DNA of 64,000 nt from an uncultured Candidatus Saccharibacteria bacterium. Lineage in GTDB: Bacteria > Patescibacteriota > Saccharimonadia > Saccharimonadales > CAZWFS01. Shown here one piece after another: positions 1 through 9,128 of this stretch. The position numbers were made by a program, and so were the translations under genes. The notes beneath the pieces are model-generated. The model was given only the letters and a program-made list of their open reading frames with translations, made no database searches and was not told the DNA's origin. Location of the stretch: positions 3,313-67,312 of the forward strand of contig CAZWFS010000005.1 of assembly GCA_964633325.1 (NCBI GenBank), written 5' to 3'. The first letter of the stretch is position 1. Each line of letters begins with the position of its first letter.

Positions 1-78
1 TTCATTTTTATTTACAGCAATGGCGTTGCGAAGCCTTGTAAGCATATCAGCGATGGGGTCAGTGGATACCATAGACAT
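1..78 (-). CDS. rpsH: 30S ribosomal protein S8, N-terminal 26 codons only (gene runs off window start)
   Basis: Not in ORF track (<60 aa). Minus-strand ATG at 78..76, 8 nt after the rpsN stop, reads MSMVSTDPIADMLTRLRNAIAVNKNE, the conserved S8 N-terminus. It sits in the expected spc-operon position after S14. Confidence 0.8.
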   Translation of the reverse strand, partial: MSMVSTDPIADMLTRLRNAIAVNKNE

Positions 79-86
79 ATATTTAC

Positions 87-356
87 CTACCAGCTCGACT
101 TTGTTACGCCGGGTATTTCACCCTTGCTTGCATGTTCCCGAAAAGCCATACGACTTAGCCCAAACGTACGAAGATAACCGCGTGCCCGATGGGTTTCACT
201 GCAACGGTTTTTCCATCGAGTTGGGGATGAGTTGCGTGGCAGACGATGTAAACCATCTTGATCACCTAAATTCTTCAGCTCAGCCCGCTTTGCAGCATAA
301 CTAAGAATCATTTTCTGACGCTTGAGATCCCGGGCAACTATTGATTTCTTAGCCAT
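87..356 (-). CDS. rpsN: 30S ribosomal protein S14 (long, 89-aa form)
   Basis: C-terminal [33 protein letters not shown] signature. Start overlaps the rplE stop by 8 nt. Confidence 0.95.
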   Translation of the reverse strand: MAKKSIVARDLKRQKMILSYAAKRAELKNLGDQDGLHRLPRNSSPTRWKNRCSETHRARGYLRTFGLSRMAFREHASKGEIPGVTKSSW

Positions 357-948
357 TATTTACCTCCTTCATGAATGGCATGCCAAGCTTAGTTAGCAAT
401 GCCTTTGACTGATCTGGTCCGGTTGACTTGATTACGAATATTACCTGTAAGCCATGCGGGGTTGTAGTTTCATCAAATGTTAACTCAGGAAACACCGATT
501 GGTCAACCAACCCGATACTGTAGTTTCCCGACTTGTCGAAAGCTTTATTGCTTACCCCATGGAAATCGCGCAATCTTGGCATTACTATATTGATTAGACG
601 ATCGACAAATTCATACATGCGATCTCCGCGCAAAGTAACTTTAAGCCCAATCATATTGCCTTCGCGGAGCTTGAATGACGCAATGGACTTTTTTGCTAAA
701 GTCTCTATTGGTTGTTGTGCGGTAATCTTTCTTAGCGTGTTCCTGGCAGCCTCAATAACTTTTTTATCGTCTTTAGCTCTGCCGAGCCCTACGTTGATCA
801 CTAATTTTTCTAACATAGGGACTTGGTTGCGGTTGCTAAGGTTCAACTCTTTCTGTAGTTCATCCGAGTAAGTTGAGTAATATCCGTGTTTTAGCCGGGC
901 TTGGGAGGTTGTGTTCTCAACTGATTTTTGCGCTACAGGAGCCGTCAT
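349..948 (-). CDS. rplE: 50S ribosomal protein L5
   Basis: VINVGLGRA and [16 protein letters not shown] motifs. Operon order is L24-L5-S14. Confidence 0.95.
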   Translation of the reverse strand: MTAPVAQKSVENTTSQARLKHGYYSTYSDELQKELNLSNRNQVPMLEKLVINVGLGRAKDDKKVIEAARNTLRKITAQQPIETLAKKSIASFKLREGNMIGLKVTLRGDRMYEFVDRLINIVMPRLRDFHGVSNKAFDKSGNYSIGLVDQSVFPELTFDETTTPHGLQVIFVIKSTGPDQSKALLTKLGMPFMKEVNNG

Positions 949-1304
949 TTGATTTCCTTTCCACTGCTTTTGAAAATACGGGTCTTATTACCTTTGGTGT
1001 CTAACTTATATCCAATTTTAGTCGGCTTAATCTTGTTAGCAGGATCGACAATGCCGACTTTAGATACCCAAATAGGTTTGTTTAACTCTACAATGTCTCC
1101 TTGCGGATGTTGCCGATTTGGCTTCACGTGCTTTTTAACTATATTGATACCCTCTACTGTTACCTTATTCATTACGGGATGGGTAGCTGTTACCTTGCCA
1201 GTTTTGCCCTTGTATTTTCCGGACCGCACCATAACAAAATCACCTTTTTTGAGTGCAATCTTGTATGGCTTAGTGCCAAATCTTAATACTTTGCTAGTTG
1301 TCAT
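945..1304 (-). CDS. rplX: 50S ribosomal protein L24
   Basis: KOW motif [18 protein letters not shown]. 4-nt overlaps with L14 and L5. Confidence 0.9.
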   Translation of the reverse strand: MTTSKVLRFGTKPYKIALKKGDFVMVRSGKYKGKTGKVTATHPVMNKVTVEGINIVKKHVKPNRQHPQGDIVELNKPIWVSKVGIVDPANKIKPTKIGYKLDTKGNKTRIFKSSGKEIK

Positions 1305-1669
1305 AGGACCTCCGGTGCCAGGCTGATGATTTTACCATATCCAAGATCACGCAGTTCACGGGGGACTGGACCAAAAATGCGAGTAGCTTTCGGGAGCTTA
1401 TCATCTCCAATAATTACAGCTGCATTTTCGTCAAAACGAATAGTTGAGCCATCTTTGCGTTTTATAGCGTAAGTGGTACGCACCACTACTGCGCGGACAA
1501 CGGATTTGCGCTTTACGCCCCCACTTGGGTTAGCCTGCTTAACCGTTGCTACAATGGTATCCCCTACGCGCGCATAGCGTCTCCCAGTTCCGCCCAATAC
1601 TCTGATACATAGGATTTCCTTGGCACCGCTATTATCACAGACAGCTAGTCTTGATTCTTGTTGAATCAT
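1301..1669 (-). CDS. rplN: 50S ribosomal protein L14
   Basis: [18 protein letters not shown] is the near-universal L14 N-terminus. Confidence 0.97.
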   Translation of the reverse strand: MIQQESRLAVCDNSGAKEILCIRVLGGTGRRYARVGDTIVATVKQANPSGGVKRKSVVRAVVVRTTYAIKRKDGSTIRFDENAAVIIGDDKLPKATRIFGPVPRELRDLGYGKIISLAPEVL

Positions 1670-1986
1670 GGTTTTTCCTTGTCGGTAGCTTTGTCTTCTT
1701 CTGGTTCTGGTTGTGGTTCGTCAGCCAGGGTTTCCATTTCCCGAATCGCCGGCTTTTGGATTATCTTGTCTAGCGTGAATCGTTTTCGGGCGCTTAGCGG
1801 CCTTGTCTCGGTAATCACCACTTTATCACCCACCTCGGCTTCGTTATTCTCATCATGGGCCATAAACTTGGTGGAAACATGATACTGCTTCTTATAGATA
1901 GGATGCGTCTTTGAAGTCAGCACTGTCACAATGATTGTCTTATCTGGTTTGTCAGATGAAACCGTACCTATTAATGTTTTTCCCAT
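1666..1986 (-). CDS. rpsQ: 30S ribosomal protein S17
   Basis: [16 protein letters not shown] and [18 protein letters not shown] core. Carries an acidic C-terminal tail of about 25 aa. Confidence 0.9.
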   Translation of the reverse strand: MGKTLIGTVSSDKPDKTIIVTVLTSKTHPIYKKQYHVSTKFMAHDENNEAEVGDKVVITETRPLSARKRFTLDKIIQKPAIREMETLADEPQPEPEEDKATDKEKP

Positions 1987-2186
1987 CAGATGTTCTCCTT
2001 AGCGAATTGTTCGCTTAGCGCAGTAAGCATTCTGGCTAAATCTTTCCGTTTGCTGCGCAAAACCCGTACATTTTGCACTTCTCCGCTGTGTAGGCGTCGC
2101 CTAAGTTCCGTGATCTCTTCCCGGAGTTTAGTACTTTCAGAAGCTAATTCGCTGGTGGGCAGTTTGCGCATGTCGGCAATTTTCAT
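1986..2186 (-). CDS. rpmC: 50S ribosomal protein L29
   Basis: 66-aa helical protein (ITELRRRL) lying between L16 and S17. Confidence 0.85.
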   Translation of the reverse strand: MKIADMRKLPTSELASESTKLREEITELRRRLHSGEVQNVRVLRSKRKDLARMLTALSEQFAKENI

Positions 2187-2190
2187 TAGT

Positions 2191-2604
2191 TTAGCCCTCT
2201 TCCTTCAGCAAGAATTTGGTTTTGATCGGTAGTTTATGTCCGGCCAGGCGCATGGCTTCCCTGGCAACATCTTCGCTGACACCCTGCATTTCGAACAAAA
2301 TAGTACCCGGGTGAACCTTGGCTACAAAAAACTCCGGGTTGCCCTTGCCGCTGCCCATCTTTACGTCTTGAGGTTTGCGGGTAACCGGCGTATGAGGGAA
2401 TATCCTGATCCAGATGCGGCCGCCTCGTTTAATATAACGGGTCATTGCCTGACGCGCGGACTCAATCTGGCGGGACGTTATCCTGTCCATACCCTGAGAC
2501 TGCAGTGCGTAGTCGCCAAATGCGATGAATTCTCCGCGGGTAGCGACGCCCCGGATGCGCCCTTTACGTACCTTGCGGTACTTTTGTCGTTTAGGGGTCA
2601 ACAC
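2191..2604 (-). CDS. rplP: 50S ribosomal protein L16
   Basis: [17 protein letters not shown]-terminus; 137 aa. Confidence 0.97.
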   Translation of the reverse strand: MLTPKRQKYRKVRKGRIRGVATRGEFIAFGDYALQSQGMDRITSRQIESARQAMTRYIKRGGRIWIRIFPHTPVTRKPQDVKMGSGKGNPEFFVAKVHPGTILFEMQGVSEDVAREAMRLAGHKLPIKTKFLLKEEG

Positions 2605-3233
2605 TAGCTTGTCTCCCCCTTATAAATCCATACTTTGACGCCGATGATACCAGCCGGAGTCCGGGCAGGCACACAGGCGTAATCTATGTCCGCACGTAAG
2701 GTGTGGAGTGGTACTGAACCGGCGATTTCTTTTTCCCGGCGTGACATATCAGCTCCGTTCAATCGTCCTGCTATTTCAATTCTAACCCCTTTGGCACCGG
2801 CACGCATAGTAGCGGCGGAAGTTGACTTAATGGCACGCCTAAATGATATGCGTCGCTCCAGTTGATGGGCTATGTTCTCCGCAACGAGCTTGGCGTGTAG
2901 TTCTGACTTCTTGATTTCTTCTATGTTCACACGGGTCGGTATGCCATAAATTCGTTCAATGGCATTTTTCAGCTCTTGGGCGCCTGTGCCGCCGCGGCCA
3001 ATAACCACACCGGCCTTTGCGGTGTTGATAGTAACGGTAACAAGGTTTGGCGATCGCTCTATGTCTACCTTATTGATGGCGCCACGGGAACCGACTTGCT
3101 TTTGAATCATCCGGCGCACTTCCAGGTCATTGCCCAGAAACTTGGCATAATCTTTTTTGGAAGCGAACCATTTGCTGCGCCAATCCTTGTTGACTTGCAG
3201 GCGCATGCTGATTGGATTTACTTTCTGCCCCAT
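2604..3233 (-). CDS. rpsC: 30S ribosomal protein S3
   Basis: [13 protein letters not shown]-terminus and KH-domain [11 protein letters not shown]. Confidence 0.97.
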   Translation of the reverse strand: MGQKVNPISMRLQVNKDWRSKWFASKKDYAKFLGNDLEVRRMIQKQVGSRGAINKVDIERSPNLVTVTINTAKAGVVIGRGGTGAQELKNAIERIYGIPTRVNIEEIKKSELHAKLVAENIAHQLERRISFRRAIKSTSAATMRAGAKGVRIEIAGRLNGADMSRREKEIAGSVPLHTLRADIDYACVPARTPAGIIGVKVWIYKGETS

Positions 3234-3619
3234 TATTTAGCTCCCTCAGGTGCTTTTTCTGAAGCGGTCTGCTTCTTAGTGGCACGTTGTTCACCATCTA
3301 CTATCACTCTTATGTGGGAAGTGCGGCGCTGGAATGGCAGTGCTCGGCCATGGGCGGCTGGACGATAGCGCTTCAGGCTGGGACCAGGGGTGACACTTAT
3401 TTCAGTGATTGTTAGGCTGTCCGGCTTGAAGTTGTGGTTATAATCGGCATTAGCCCTGGCTGACTGGATGACTTTCTGGACAGGCAACGCGGCGCGGCGC
3501 GGCGTGTGCTCCAGAATCGTCAGGGCGTCAGACACAGTGCGGCCGCGCACTAGGCTTACTACGGCACCGATTTTCCGTGGGGACATCCTGACCCCTTTGG
3601 CGATAGCTTTGACGCTCAT
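3233..3619 (-). CDS. rplV: 50S ribosomal protein L22
   Basis: AKGVRMSPRKIGAVVSLVRGRTVSDAL motif, with a charged C-terminal tail. Confidence 0.93.
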   Translation of the reverse strand: MSVKAIAKGVRMSPRKIGAVVSLVRGRTVSDALTILEHTPRRAALPVQKVIQSARANADYNHNFKPDSLTITEISVTPGPSLKRYRPAAHGRALPFQRRTSHIRVIVDGEQRATKKQTASEKAPEGAK

Positions 3620-3894
3620 TATTTACCTCCCTTGGCCAGTTTGCCGCCATGGGAGCGGAATTTACGTGTAGGCGAGAACTCGCCCAGCTTATGTCCCACC
3701 ATATTCTCGGTGATAAATACCGGCACATGAATCTTGCCGTTATGCACGGCAATAGTTCGCCCAACGAATTCAGGTGGTATAGAAGAAGCCCGCGCCCAAG
3801 TCTTGATGATGGTGCGGTCTTCATTCCCCAAAGCCGCAACTTTTTTAGCAAGCTTAGGATCCACGAACGGCCCTTTCTTCAGTGATCTAGACAT
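3619..3894 (-). CDS. rpsS: 30S ribosomal protein S19
   Basis: [12 protein letters not shown] and [25 protein letters not shown]. Confidence 0.97.
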   Translation of the reverse strand: MSRSLKKGPFVDPKLAKKVAALGNEDRTIIKTWARASSIPPEFVGRTIAVHNGKIHVPVFITENMVGHKLGEFSPTRKFRSHGGKLAKGGK

Positions 3895-4153
3895 TGTCGC
3901 CTCTAACTTGTTCCATGATAATACGTGATAGGTGAAACACGGTTCTTACATCGGGAGATGCTTCTTCGTACGGAGTAATAAGCCAAGTGTCTGGTTCTGC
4001 CGGAGATATTAATGCCCTAGTGTATACTACTGCTTCTTGAAAACCCAAAGGTAGCGGAATGTCCCTTTCTCGGCATTCTTCTACAAACCTTTCGTAAAAG
4101 GTTTGTAGTTGTACAAGGTCAAGCTCCATTTCCATATTACGTACATCGCTCAT
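3887..4153 (-). CDS. Hypothetical 88-aa acidic protein inserted between rplB and rpsS
   Basis: The ORF fills the rplB-rpsS gap exactly. Its ATG is 3 nt after the rplB stop and its TAG overlaps the rpsS start by 8 nt. I recognise no family. My hand count gives about 43% GC. Confidence 0.6.
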   Translation of the reverse strand: MSDVRNMEMELDLVQLQTFYERFVEECRERDIPLPLGFQEAVVYTRALISPAEPDTWLITPYEEASPDVRTVFHLSRIIMEQVRGDNV

Positions 4154-4156
4154 AAT

Positions 4157-5011
4157 TTATCTCCTCTTGGCCGCATGGCGGGTTCTTACTATAAGGTTAT
4201 TGGATGATTTACGGCGACGGGTCTTATAGCCAAGTGTCTTTTGGCCCCACGGCGTCTTGGGGGCTGTTCCGTGGTTCTTGCCACCACCTACACCGTGACG
4301 GCCACCATCGCCACCACCGTGCGGGTGATCAGCGGCGTTCATTACTACTCCACGGACGGAAGGACGGATACCTTTGCGACGGTTACGGCCGGCCTTGCCT
4401 AGTTTGATGTTCTGATGCTGTTCATTGCCGACAGAACCAATATGAGCCGTACAGTCGCTATTTATTTTCCGGACCTCGCCACTGGGCAGCCGTACCTGGA
4501 CATATTCACCCTCTTTGGCCATCAGCTGAGCTCGGTTACCAGCGCTACGCACCATTTGGGCGCCTTTGCCTGGCTGCAGTTCTATGGCGTAAATCACGCT
4601 TCCGGTTGGGATGTTCTTTAGGGGTAAGCGATTGCCGGTCTCTATTGCTATGTCATCTCCACTACTTATCTTTTGTCCAACCTTCATGCCGTTTGCAGCA
4701 AGAACGTAATGATACGTCCCTTGTCCGTCTTTGATGCGGGCTATGCGGGCTGAGCGGTTGGGATCATATTCTATTTGCTCAACGACGGCCGTTGATCCTG
4801 GGCTTAGCTTAAAATTCATAAGCCTATAAAACTTACGGGCTCCGCCGCCACGGTGCCTGGTGGTTATGCGGCCTTGATTGTTCCGTCCGCTTTTCTGGTT
4901 CTTGGTAATAAGTAACGAGCGCAACGGCTTTTTGGTGGTTATTTCGCTCATGTCCTGAGTGGTCATGCCGCGTTTGCCGGGAGTAGTGGGTCTGTAGGTG
5001 GTAATAGCCAT
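4157..5011 (-). CDS. rplB: 50S ribosomal protein L2
   Basis: MNAADHPHGGGDGG signature; 284 aa. Confidence 0.98.
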   Translation of the reverse strand: MAITTYRPTTPGKRGMTTQDMSEITTKKPLRSLLITKNQKSGRNNQGRITTRHRGGGARKFYRLMNFKLSPGSTAVVEQIEYDPNRSARIARIKDGQGTYHYVLAANGMKVGQKISSGDDIAIETGNRLPLKNIPTGSVIYAIELQPGKGAQMVRSAGNRAQLMAKEGEYVQVRLPSGEVRKINSDCTAHIGSVGNEQHQNIKLGKAGRNRRKGIRPSVRGVVMNAADHPHGGGDGGRHGVGGGKNHGTAPKTPWGQKTLGYKTRRRKSSNNLIVRTRHAAKRR

Positions 5012-5355
5012 TATTTCTTATCCTTTTTGGCAACCTTTGTCTCTGCGGCAGGCTGCTCCTGGGCGGCAAAGATCGGTATTGTGTCGCCTTCTTTTAGGGT
5101 CACGAAGGCTTTCTTCATATCGGATCGTTTGCCGTTGGCACCGCGACGCCCTTTACGCACCGTGCTCTTAGGTTTACCTTTGATGTTCGTAATATTCACA
5201 TCTGTTACGGTGACTTTGAACTGGCTGGCTACAGCTGCGCCTACTGTCAATTTATTAGCTTCGCTAGGCACTTGGAATACATATACGTTATGGGCCTGGC
5301 TGAGGGCGTAGGACTTTTCGCTTACTCGGGGTTTGAGGGTCAGAATCATACTCAT
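5011..5355 (-). CDS. rplW: 50S ribosomal protein L23
   Basis: Lies between L4 and L2. L23-like core (VYVFQVPSEANKLTV) with a Lys/Ala-rich tail. Confidence 0.9.
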   Translation of the reverse strand: MSMILTLKPRVSEKSYALSQAHNVYVFQVPSEANKLTVGAAVASQFKVTVTDVNITNIKGKPKSTVRKGRRGANGKRSDMKKAFVTLKEGDTIPIFAAQEQPAAETKVAKKDKK

Positions 5356-5356
5356 T

Positions 5357-6022
5357 TTAAGCGGCTTCCTTACTTACGGGGGCGGTTTTAGGCTTGCCGA
5401 GCCATTCGCTTAAGGTTTTTAATGCATCGGTTGTAATTACAATATGGTCGGCATTCAAAATATCGTAAACATTCAAATATGTCGCGGCCAATACATGAAT
5501 ATTCTGCAGGTTGTCTGTTGCCCTGGTAAGCTCCGTTGAAATATTATTTACCACTACTAGCGTATTCCTGGTAACACCAATTTTCGCGAAAAATTTAACA
5601 GCTTCGCTGGTTTTAAGCTCTTTAAAGCTTAGATCTTCTACTATGATAACTTTGCCCCGATCTGCGGCCAACGTAAGGGCTTGCCTGGTAGCTTGGCGCT
5701 TGGCATTGGTGCTTAATTTATGCTTATAATTTTCAATCCCAGTCGGTCCGAAAGCTATTCCACCACCGCGCCATATTGGATTTCGGGATGAGCCGAATCG
5801 TGCCCGGCCGGTGCCCTTTTGCCGCCACGGTTTCTTGCCACCACCGCTTACCAAACCCCGGGTCTTAGTACGTGCTGAGTTGCCTCGGCCGTTAGCTAGG
5901 TATGCCTCGTATGCCTGTTTTAATAAATCGTGGTTGCTGGTTTCCGTGCCAAATATTTGCTTATCCAGCTTGACGCTTGTAGTGGCTTTGTTGCCGCTCT
6001 TGGTGTAGGTGATAACAGGCAT
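5357..6022 (-). CDS. rplD: 50S ribosomal protein L4
   Basis: KKPWRQKGTGRARFGSSRNPIWRGGG motif. Confidence 0.95.
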   Translation of the reverse strand: MPVITYTKSGNKATTSVKLDKQIFGTETSNHDLLKQAYEAYLANGRGNSARTKTRGLVSGGGKKPWRQKGTGRARFGSSRNPIWRGGGIAFGPTGIENYKHKLSTNAKRQATRQALTLAADRGKVIIVEDLSFKELKTSEAVKFFAKIGVTRNTLVVVNNISTELTRATDNLQNIHVLAATYLNVYDILNADHIVITTDALKTLSEWLGKPKTAPVSKEAA

Positions 6023-6660
6023 TATCCAATGCCCCTGATGGTTACAATACTATCCCTGGGACCAGGAACGGCACCTTTTATTCCTATAACTCCTAGCTCA
6101 GTGTCTATCAAGGCTATTTTCAGGTTACGGACAGTCACTTGTTCTGCGCCCATCTGGCCGGCCATCTTTTTACCTTTAAATATACGTTGAGGGTACATGG
6201 AGCCAATAGATCCAGGACGTCGGTAGCTGCGTCCGCCATGTGTTTTTCGGCCACGGTGGAAATTATGACGCTTGATTGTACCGGCCCAGCCCTTACCTTT
6301 GCTGATACCAGTTACCTGAACCTCGTCGCCAATTGAAAAGACCTCGCTTGTTAGTGTTTCGCCAACTTTGAGGTCTTCTGTAATCTCTTCTACCCGGAAC
6401 TCACGCACCATCTTCGGCTGGGCCTTTGACCGCTTAAAGTGTCCGGTTAGGGCTTTGCCAAGCTTTTTAGTAGCTTCAAAACCGAGTTGTACTGCCTGGT
6501 AGCCATCATTATCAATAGTCTTAATTTGGGTAATGGTATTAGGCGAGGCTGACAATAAGGTTACGGCCTGAACAGTACCGTCGTCAGCGATAGCACTAGT
6601 CATGCCGACCTTTCTTGTAATCAAAGCTTTCAAGCCCTTATAAATCTCCCCGTAATACAC
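6022..6660 (-). CDS. rplC: 50S ribosomal protein L3
   Basis: GKGWAGTIKRHNFHRGRKTHG motif. The track start at 6660 is GTG, and the exact start is uncertain. Confidence 0.95.
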   Translation of the reverse strand: MYYGEIYKGLKALITRKVGMTSAIADDGTVQAVTLLSASPNTITQIKTIDNDGYQAVQLGFEATKKLGKALTGHFKRSKAQPKMVREFRVEEITEDLKVGETLTSEVFSIGDEVQVTGISKGKGWAGTIKRHNFHRGRKTHGGRSYRRPGSIGSMYPQRIFKGKKMAGQMGAEQVTVRNLKIALIDTELGVIGIKGAVPGPRDSIVTIRGIG

Positions 6661-6805
6661 CCCTAAGTAGGCAGCGCAATACTTATATTTCCAACGTCAA
6701 AGTTACTAAGCGTAACACAAAAACGCTTGGCGAATGGCGGTTTCTTCTCTGTTAAACGAGTAGACCTGCGCACGCACCAAGTGGAAAAATTTGCTATACC
6801 TCTAC

Positions 6806-6835
6806 AGATTATCATGACGCCTCTATATCTGTCAA
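6806..6835 (-). promoter_or_regulatory. Candidate sigma70-type promoter for rplC and downstream r-protein genes
   Basis: Gene strand reads TTGACA (6835..6830), an 18-nt spacer, then TGATAATCT (extended -10, hexamer 6811..6806). A leader of about 140 nt follows before rplC. Confidence 0.45.
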
Positions 6836-6933
6836 TCCGTTGAAAATTCCACAATGTACAGTCTTATTAGCTATAGCTTTCAGACTAGACAACAATCCAT
6901 ATTAATACGACTATTTAAACTAACGATTTAAAG

Positions 6934-7206
6934 CTACACAGAAATGCCCATTGGCAGCCAAAATCCTATAAACATAGCCATAAGCAGCAATGCATACTCG
7001 ATCTTACGATCAATCTGGAAATGTTCATGCCGTGCAAAAAGTAATCCAATTAGCAACCCAACCGGTATAGGAATTTGATATGTTATCTCCAAATCCGTTA
7101 TTCTAAGCCACTGTGTTCCGATAACTAAATAAAGAATTAGCTTCAAAAAGTATGCACTGTCCGGTTCCTGGGTAATTTTTGTTCTTTTTTGTTTTGTTTT
7201 AGCCAT
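6934..7206 (-). CDS. Hypothetical 90-aa membrane protein between rpsJ and rplC
   Basis: Basic N-terminus [10 protein letters not shown] followed by 2-3 hydrophobic segments ([38 protein letters not shown]). AT-rich (about 37-38% GC in the sampled lines). Confidence 0.5.
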   Translation of the reverse strand: MAKTKQKRTKITQEPDSAYFLKLILYLVIGTQWLRITDLEITYQIPIPVGLLIGLLFARHEHFQIDRKIEYALLLMAMFIGFWLPMGISV

Positions 7207-7217
7207 GATTATAAAAC

Positions 7218-7559
7218 TTACATCTTGATTTCGGCGTCGCAGCCGGCCGGGAGGGAGAGATTCATGAGGGAGTCTATCGTCTTTGGAGTGGGATCCAGTA
7301 CGTCGATTAGGCGTTTATGGATACGCATTTCAAATTGTTCGCGGCCTTTTTTGTAAACATGCGGGCTTTTGATGACAGTGTAGACACTGCGCCTTGTCGG
7401 TAGTGGAATTGGTCCGGCGATTGTTGCGCCAGTCCTGAGGGCCGTATCGACTATCTGTTTGGCAGATTGGTCAATAACCTTGTGGTCATAAGCTTTCAGA
7501 CGGATACGTATACGCTGCTTGCTCTCGGCTTTCTTTGTGGGTGTAGATGTTTCAGCCAT
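7218..7559 (-). CDS. rpsJ: 30S ribosomal protein S10
   Basis: [23 protein letters not shown] core. Confidence 0.97.
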   Translation of the reverse strand: MAETSTPTKKAESKQRIRIRLKAYDHKVIDQSAKQIVDTALRTGATIAGPIPLPTRRSVYTVIKSPHVYKKGREQFEMRIHKRLIDVLDPTPKTIDSLMNLSLPAGCDAEIKM

Positions 7560-7795
7560 TAGTTACCCTTAGAACTTTCATCGCCTGCACTTAGTCTTCT
7601 CAGCAAAGCTGCCTTTGCTTCAGTGCTCATTCTTGGGCCTTCAATTGGTCGTTCACGTTCTCGTAAATTTGTGACATTATCATCACGCTCCTCAGGGTCG
7701 CTAGGTGGAATGAACCTTTGGCTTTCGTCAATTTTTCCGTCAAGCCAATCTTTGTCGGGGATATTATCGTAGTTGGTTGGTGCCGCATCCGACAT
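7559..7795 (-). CDS. Hypothetical 78-aa acidic, low-complexity protein upstream of rpsJ
   Basis: Its stop and the rpsJ start overlap as TAATG. The sequence is rich in D/E/P/R ([21 protein letters not shown]). No family recognised. Confidence 0.45.
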   Translation of the reverse strand: MSDAAPTNYDNIPDKDWLDGKIDESQRFIPPSDPEERDDNVTNLRERERPIEGPRMSTEAKAALLRRLSAGDESSKGN

Positions 7796-7832
7796 TATAT
7801 TTTTAGTCTCATACTAGTTATTTTATCAAAGA

Positions 7833-9017
7833 TTATTTTACAATCTTCGTTACTACTCCGGCACCAACAGTGCGGCCGCCCTCGCGGATGGCAAAGCGCA
7901 GGCCTTGTTCCATGGCGATTGGAGCAAGCAACTTAACCTTAAATGTAATGGTGTCACCGGGCATGACCATTTCCTTGTCGGCTGGAAGTTCGACTTCTCC
8001 AGTTACATCGGTTGTGCGGAAGTAAAACTGCGGCTTGTAACCTTTAAAGAATGGGGTATGACGACCGCCTTCTTCCTTGGTCAAGATGTAGACTTCAGAG
8101 TCAAATTCGGTGTGAGGAGTGATTGACCCAGGCTTGGCCAGTACTTGACCGCGCTCAATGTCATCGCGCTCAATACCGCGAAGTAGTATGCCTACGTTAT
8201 CACCAGCTTGTCCTTGGTCAAGGTTCTTTTTGAACATCTCCACACCAGTTACAACTGATTTGCGGGTATCGCGGACACCTACGATTTCGACTTCTTCGTT
8301 CACTTTTACTACACCCGTCTCAACACGGCCGGTCGCTACGGTGCCGCGACCTTTTATAGAGAACACGTCCTCTATGGCCATCATAAATGGTTTGTCCAGG
8401 TCACGCTTAGGCTCCGGAAGGTAGTCGTCCATGGCTTTGACCAGTTCCATAATTGCGTCTTCGTTGGCGCTGTCGCCTTCCAGCGCTTTGGTGGCGCTGC
8501 CTTTGACAATAGGCGCGTTTTCATCAAATTCGTATTTGCCTAACAACTCGCGAATGTCCATTTCTACTAGTTCTACCAGCTCCGGGTCGGCCAGGTCCAT
8601 TTTGTTCATGAAAACAAGAATTGAAGGCACGCCCACTTGCTTTGCTAGAAGTACGTGTTCGCGGGTTTGGGGCATTGGGCCGTCGGCGGCCGATACTACC
8701 AAGATAGCACCATCAATCTGTGCGGCACCGGTAATCATGTTTTTAACGTAGTCAGCATGCCCAGGCATGTCTACATGAGCGTAATGGCGCTTTTCGCTTT
8801 CGTATTCCTGGTGTGATGTGGCGATTGTAATACCCCGAGCCTTTTCCTCGGGAGCCTTATCGATTTCGTCATACTTGACTGCTTTGTTCACGCTGCTGGG
8901 TAGTCGCTTGGATAAGACAGCGGTAATTGCTGCAGTAAGCGTGGTTTTACCGTGGTCCACGTGTCCCATAGTGCCGACATTTACATGCGGTTTACTCCGG
9001 TCAAACTGTTCTGCCAT
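7833..9017 (-). CDS. tuf: Elongation factor Tu
   Basis: [17 protein letters not shown] and NKMD GTPase motifs. SD TAAGGAG lies upstream. Confidence 0.99.
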   Translation of the reverse strand: MAEQFDRSKPHVNVGTMGHVDHGKTTLTAAITAVLSKRLPSSVNKAVKYDEIDKAPEEKARGITIATSHQEYESEKRHYAHVDMPGHADYVKNMITGAAQIDGAILVVSAADGPMPQTREHVLLAKQVGVPSILVFMNKMDLADPELVELVEMDIRELLGKYEFDENAPIVKGSATKALEGDSANEDAIMELVKAMDDYLPEPKRDLDKPFMMAIEDVFSIKGRGTVATGRVETGVVKVNEEVEIVGVRDTRKSVVTGVEMFKKNLDQGQAGDNVGILLRGIERDDIERGQVLAKPGSITPHTEFDSEVYILTKEEGGRHTPFFKGYKPQFYFRTTDVTGEVELPADKEMVMPGDTITFKVKLLAPIAMEQGLRFAIREGGRTVGAGVVTKIVK

Positions 9018-9089
9018 AATTCAAAAACTCCTTACTTATCTTGATAATACGAGCAAGTAAAAACTCCAACGCTCACATTTTACCGCTGT

Positions 9090-9119
9090 AGTATAAGGGT
9101 AACCATGTGCTTTTGTAAA
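9090..9119 (-). promoter_or_regulatory. Candidate promoter for tuf
   Basis: Gene strand reads TTTACA (9119..9114), an 18-nt spacer, TATACT (9095..9090), then a leader of about 70 nt ending in TAAGGAG. Confidence 0.35.
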
Positions 9120-9128
9120 GGGTTAAGA

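Noticed and set aside
6663-6854. A 63-aa minus-strand ORF abutting rplC.
   Set aside because: It starts upstream of the near-consensus promoter at 6806..6835. It has a W/C/R-rich, unprotein-like composition and no SD. The region is better explained as the rplC leader.
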